DNA from: Clostridia bacterium
Lineage (GTDB): Bacteria > Bacillota > Clostridia > UMGS1883 > UMGS1540
Direction: 5' to 3'
Assembly: GCA_045648645.1 (NCBI GenBank)
Contig: JAZROH010000065.1
Coordinates: 1 to 51,292 of the forward strand
DNA: 51,292 nucleotides
Position 1 is the first letter of the stretch; every line of letters starts with the position of its first letter. Positions 46,226 to 51,292 of the stretch are shown piece after piece. The position numbers were made by a program, and so were the translations under genes. The notes under the pieces are model-generated. The model saw only the letters and a program-made list of their open reading frames with translations, searched no databases and was not told the origin of the DNA.

Positions 46226-47155
46226 ATGAAATTTTGCACAAGGTGCGGGAATCAGTTGACGGATGATGCGGTTTTTTGTCAAAAATGCGGAGAGAAAGAC
46301 GCAACTGCGGAAAATTCTATTGCCCCAAATACTTCACAAATACATAACGAATCTTTGATTTTTGAGAATGACGGGGCAGATGCGCCGAGACTTAGAACGA
46401 GCATGAAAATATGGATGACGCTTTCATTTGTTTTGGCATTTGTTTTTGCAATCGGCGCGACAGCTGATATATCGATGATGGCAGGGGTGTGCTTATTTGG
46501 CATTTTGGGACTAATGTTTCTGTTTCTGGCAAAAACCCCGAAAGGTCCTGCGCGAATTTTTTCAAAGGCAGAATGCTTTAAGAGAACAAACGGTATTTCT
46601 AAAGGTGTTTTTGTCGGCATAAGTGTTACCTTGTCGCTTTGCTTGTTTTCAGGAATTTTACATGTTTTTGATGGAAATACAACGAGCGGTAAAGAGGACG
46701 GAAGTAAAGCGAAAACAGCTGTGAGTGTTGCGGTAAAGCAAGAAAAGGCAGCAGATAAAACAGAACCGAAAATCCCAGAAGAATTTGCAGCGGAATGCCC
46801 AATAGCTGTTTCGGCATCTATGTATGATAATATTATCGGTTTTCCGGAACTTAAGTGCATGATCAAAAACAAAACGGACAAAGAAATAGCAGCAATTCAA
46901 TTGTATTTCTTGCCCCGAGATGTTTATGGGGAAGAAGCAGATGGCATTTTCGCACAAAACAAATTGCAATGTGATACACCAATTGCTGCAAATGGAACGG
47001 ATACGGCGGTCTGGCAGATGATAGACCAAAGTATTAAATCAGGTGATTTGTATGTATACAGCGTCTATTTTTCTGATGGTACGGAATGGGGAGACAGAAA
47101 TGCATCGAAAAGTAAGATTCAAGCATATGCAATGCAAACACAAGTTAGCTATTAA
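46226..47155 (+). CDS. Zinc-ribbon-domain membrane protein with an extracytoplasmic C-terminal domain (DUF5780-like, tentative)
   Basis: N-terminal CTRCG...FCQKCG, three TM segments, C-terminal ...VYSVYFSDGTEWG; AGGAGG RBS. Confidence 0.8.
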   Translation: MKFCTRCGNQLTDDAVFCQKCGEKDATAENSIAPNTSQIHNESLIFENDGADAPRLRTSMKIWMTLSFVLAFVFAIGATADISMMAGVCLFGILGLMFLFLAKTPKGPARIFSKAECFKRTNGISKGVFVGISVTLSLCLFSGILHVFDGNTTSGKEDGSKAKTAVSVAVKQEKAADKTEPKIPEEFAAECPIAVSASMYDNIIGFPELKCMIKNKTDKEIAAIQLYFLPRDVYGEEADGIFAQNKLQCDTPIAANGTDTAVWQMIDQSIKSGDLYVYSVYFSDGTEWGDRNASKSKIQAYAMQTQVSY

Positions 47156-47178
47156 AACGATAGAAAAGAGGAATAATT

Positions 47179-47526
47179 ATGAGAAGTAAAATTTTATTCA
47201 CAGCAAGTGCGCTTGCTACACTTTATTCAATTTATTTGCTGTCATATTTTGTTGGAGGAACAATGAATGCCGGCGGGGCGGAAGCTGTCGGGGGTGCAAT
47301 TGCTACAGCTTTGGTAACACCGCATATGATTATGTTTTTAATTGGAGCAATTTTTGGCTGGATTGGTTTTCTTGCTAAGAAAAGCTGGGGTGCATTGGTG
47401 GCTGCAATTTTGTATTCTGTAGGAACGCTGTTCTTCCTGATGTATGCCATGTTTGGCGTGCCGATTTTAGTTTTGGGATTCGTCGGATATAGTAAACAAA
47501 AGAAACTGAATTACCAAAATAATTAA
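47179..47526 (+). CDS. Small membrane protein, ~4 TM (hypothetical)
   Basis: 115 aa hydrophobic ORF with GAGG RBS and an AIATALVTPH motif. Confidence 0.8.
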   Translation: MRSKILFTASALATLYSIYLLSYFVGGTMNAGGAEAVGGAIATALVTPHMIMFLIGAIFGWIGFLAKKSWGALVAAILYSVGTLFFLMYAMFGVPILVLGFVGYSKQKKLNYQNN

Positions 47527-47546
47527 ACGATTTTATAGTAAGCAAG

Positions 47547-47595
47547 CAGGTATGTTAAGGGCAACGCATGCGTCATCCCTTGACATACCTGTTTT
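47547..47595 (+). terminator. Intrinsic terminator
   Basis: CAGGTATGTTAAGGG/CCCTTGACATACCTG stem followed by TTTT. Confidence 0.8.
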
Positions 47596-47648
47596 ATAAT
47601 GCTTGGCTTAGGTTGGGAGTGTGATTTTGCCAGTATTTATTTTGAAGT

Positions 47649-49254
<1,606 letters not shown>

Positions 49255-49263
49255 GGTGACGAA

Positions 49264-50211
49264 ATGAAAAAATTTGATGTTGCAGCCCTTGGTGAAATTT
49301 TGATTGACTTTACGGAAAACGGAATCAGCGAAAACGGCATGCGTCTTTTTGAGCAAAACCCCGGCGGCGCACCGGCAAATGTACTTTCGGCGGTTTCGCA
49401 TCTCGGTGGAAAAGCTGCTTTTATCGGCAAGGTGGGGAAGGACATGCACGGCGCATTTCTTCGGGAAACCGTGGAAAAATGCGGGATTGATACGCGCGGC
49501 CTTATCGAAACGGAGGAAGGGTTTACCACGCTGGCTTTTGTAGCCCTACGTGGCGGTGAGCGCAGTTTTTCTTTTGCCAGAAAGCCGGGGGCGGATACGC
49601 TTCTTACAAAAGAAGAAGTGGATTATGAAAGGATTGCCGAAAGCCGTATTTTTCATATTGGTTCGCTGTCGCTTACGGCGGAGCCGGTAAAAAGTGCGAG
49701 CCTTGCGGCGCTCTCCTTTGCAAAAGCAGAAAACGTAATCATTTCCTATGACCCGAATTATCGGGCATCTCTTTGGAGGGATGCAGAAACGGCGAAGGAA
49801 GAAATGCGAAGCATCTTGCCGTATGCGGACATTGTGAAGATTTCCGACGAGGAAACAGAACTTCTTACGGACGTTCAAAGTGCCGAGAAGGCAGGCGCAG
49901 TGCTGATTGAAAAGGGAGCAAAGGTTGTGCTTGTTACCTGCGGCGGGGATGGCGCCTATGTGTTTACGAAAGAAGGCAATGTGCAGATTCCGGCGGAAGG
50001 AGGTAAGCCCGTAGATACCACGGGTGCGGGCGATGCCTTTATGGGCGGCTTTTTATATTGCCTTGCAAAAAGCGAAAAAACACCCGCCGAAATCTCCTTG
50101 GCGGAAGCTAAGGAATTCGCACAGTTTGCCGCGAAGGTGGCAGGCGTTTGTATTTCACGGCGCGGGGCAATAAATGCCATGCCTACGCCGGATGAACTTT
50201 TGGAATCGTAA
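49264..50211 (+). CDS. PfkB-family carbohydrate kinase (fructokinase-like)
   Basis: GEILIDF, PGGAPANV, YDPNYR, DTTGAGDAF. Confidence 0.95.
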   Translation: MKKFDVAALGEILIDFTENGISENGMRLFEQNPGGAPANVLSAVSHLGGKAAFIGKVGKDMHGAFLRETVEKCGIDTRGLIETEEGFTTLAFVALRGGERSFSFARKPGADTLLTKEEVDYERIAESRIFHIGSLSLTAEPVKSASLAALSFAKAENVIISYDPNYRASLWRDAETAKEEMRSILPYADIVKISDEETELLTDVQSAEKAGAVLIEKGAKVVLVTCGGDGAYVFTKEGNVQIPAEGGKPVDTTGAGDAFMGGFLYCLAKSEKTPAEISLAEAKEFAQFAAKVAGVCISRRGAINAMPTPDELLES

Positions 50212-50277
50212 TTTTACTGTTCGACATAAATCGGATTAAAATAGAAATATGAAAAGAGATAAGACCACCAATAGGTA

Positions 50278-50456
50278 TGATGTGACCCCAAAAAGTTAGA
50301 CTTTTTATAGCGTAGTAGTTTTGATGACTGCTACGCTATTTTTATGCAGCCAAGGTGTTGAACCTGTATTGTACCGGACTCAACCACCCAAGTTTCTCTT
50401 TAATTCTTTTCTCATTATAATACTTTATATATCTTTCGATAGCTTCTTTAAGCTCA
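50278..50456 (-). mobile_element. IS3-family remnant (right end plus last ~38 transposase codons)
   Basis: Minus strand reads ELKEAIERYIKYYNEKRIKEKLGWLSPVQYRFNTLAA-stop, then a hairpin and ...GTCTAACTTTTTGGGGTCACATCA ending in CA. Confidence 0.88.
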
Positions 50457-50578
50457 TAGGTGTTGATTTTGTTTTGTAAAAATCCTCGTCAAAATGATGA
50501 TTTTTCTCAAAAGCATTGAAATTTATGACTAATTATGCTATAATATGCTATATTAGGAAAATGACTCGGGTAGGTGCT

Positions 50579-50824
50579 ATGGTGGAAAACGTAAGTTTAT
50601 TAAAAGTTAAGACGATGGACTTTCAGGATCAGATAAAGTTTGTTCGTATGCATCTGCAGCTCAGTCAGGAAGATCTTGCAAAACAAATGGGTATTTCCTT
50701 TGCAACTGTAAGCAGATGGGAACGAGAAAACAGAAAGCCGCAGCTTGCTCTGCTCGGCAAGTTCTACTCCTTCTGCCAAAGAAACGGAATAGAAATAGAC
50801 TTATCTGACAATACGAATATATGA
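50579..50824 (+). CDS. XRE-family HTH transcriptional regulator
   Basis: IKFVRMHLQLSQEDLAKQMGISFATVSRWE; start ATG 50579 or 50615; promoter-like TTGAAA-N17-TATAAT at 50516-50544 argues against the ORF-track start. Confidence 0.88.
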   Translation: MVENVSLLKVKTMDFQDQIKFVRMHLQLSQEDLAKQMGISFATVSRWERENRKPQLALLGKFYSFCQRNGIEIDLSDNTNI

Positions 50825-50838
50825 TGGAGGAATAAAAA

Positions 50839-51292
50839 ATGAGTATGGCTTATGGAATCCTCTGCGTGATATCGCTGGCTTTGATTGGTGTGTGCCTCGC
50901 AGTTGATAGAAAAAAAGATATATGTTTGTTGCTTTTGTTTATATCGGTGTTTGTGTGTAACTTAGGACAGTTTTTGATTTCAGTTGCACCAAGCCTTTCC
51001 TTTGCCCTTAACGGTAATAGGATTGCATATTTAGGTCAGGTTTTTCTGCCACTTCTTATGCTGAAAATGATACTGAATTTATGTAGTCTTAATTATAAAA
51101 AGTGGCTTCTGCCTACGCTTTCACTTATCAGCATAGCCGTGCTTTTCGTAGCACTTACACCTGGATTTTTCCCTTGCTATTATAAAAATGTTTCAATAGA
51201 GGTTGCAGATGGAGTAACAAGGCTTATTCGTGATTACGGCCCTTTGCACTTACTCTACTACATATATCTGCTTTCGTACTTTGCTTTAATGC
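50839..51292 (+). CDS. Membrane sensor protein with a histidine-kinase-N-terminal 7TM-like domain (3' end outside window)
   Basis: Not in the ORF track. GGAGG RBS; MSMAYGILCVISLAL...FVCNLGQFLISVAPSLSFALNGNRIAYLG...YYKNVSIE...RDYGPLHLLYYIYL, open to the window end. Confidence 0.75.
   Translation, partial: MSMAYGILCVISLALIGVCLAVDRKKDICLLLLFISVFVCNLGQFLISVAPSLSFALNGNRIAYLGQVFLPLLMLKMILNLCSLNYKKWLLPTLSLISIAVLFVALTPGFFPCYYKNVSIEVADGVTRLIRDYGPLHLLYYIYLLSYFALM

Noticed and set aside
46195-46266. 23-aa uORF MQKITERREENEILHKVRESVDG overlapping the zinc-ribbon gene start, plus an unused AGGAGGT at ~46172
   Set aside because: The strong RBS is too far from this ATG and the peptide has no features; cannot be supported without conservation data.

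Overview
A 51.3-kb, mostly core-genome chromosomal segment from a Clostridia-class (Bacillota) bacterium, probably a spore former (polC, CIRCE-controlled groESL, darA/ricT, SLH protein, SpoVB/MurJ-family gene). Housekeeping genes: recO, era, rodA, groES/groEL, smc, degV, ricT, holB, darA, ruvX, asd-dapA-dapB, efp, a ClpE/ClpC-type ATPase, a 2[4Fe-4S] ferredoxin missed by the ORF track, trmN6-like, rsmI, ddl, argS, ctpA-like, ispG and polC, plus tRNA-Thr(GGT) and a probable 6S RNA. Small sugar-catabolic units are scattered between them. No CRISPR array, cas gene, integrase or intact transposase is visible. The most unusual signals are: (1) a promoter-linked, highly structured ~160-nt RNA followed by a UUCG terminator, placed in front of two membrane-protein genes in an islet next to tRNA-Thr; (2) an orphan Card1/Can2-like (DUF1887) CARF nuclease at the end of the darA-holB-ricT-degV-smc run; (3) a 242-bp hairpin-rich MITE-like insertion bracketed by a duplicated 27-bp terminator behind groEL; (4) an ATATCGA/mini-hairpin array behind tRNA-Thr; (5) an SGNH-like protein with Cys at the expected nucleophile position. 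All protein calls come from motif recognition by eye, not from database searches.
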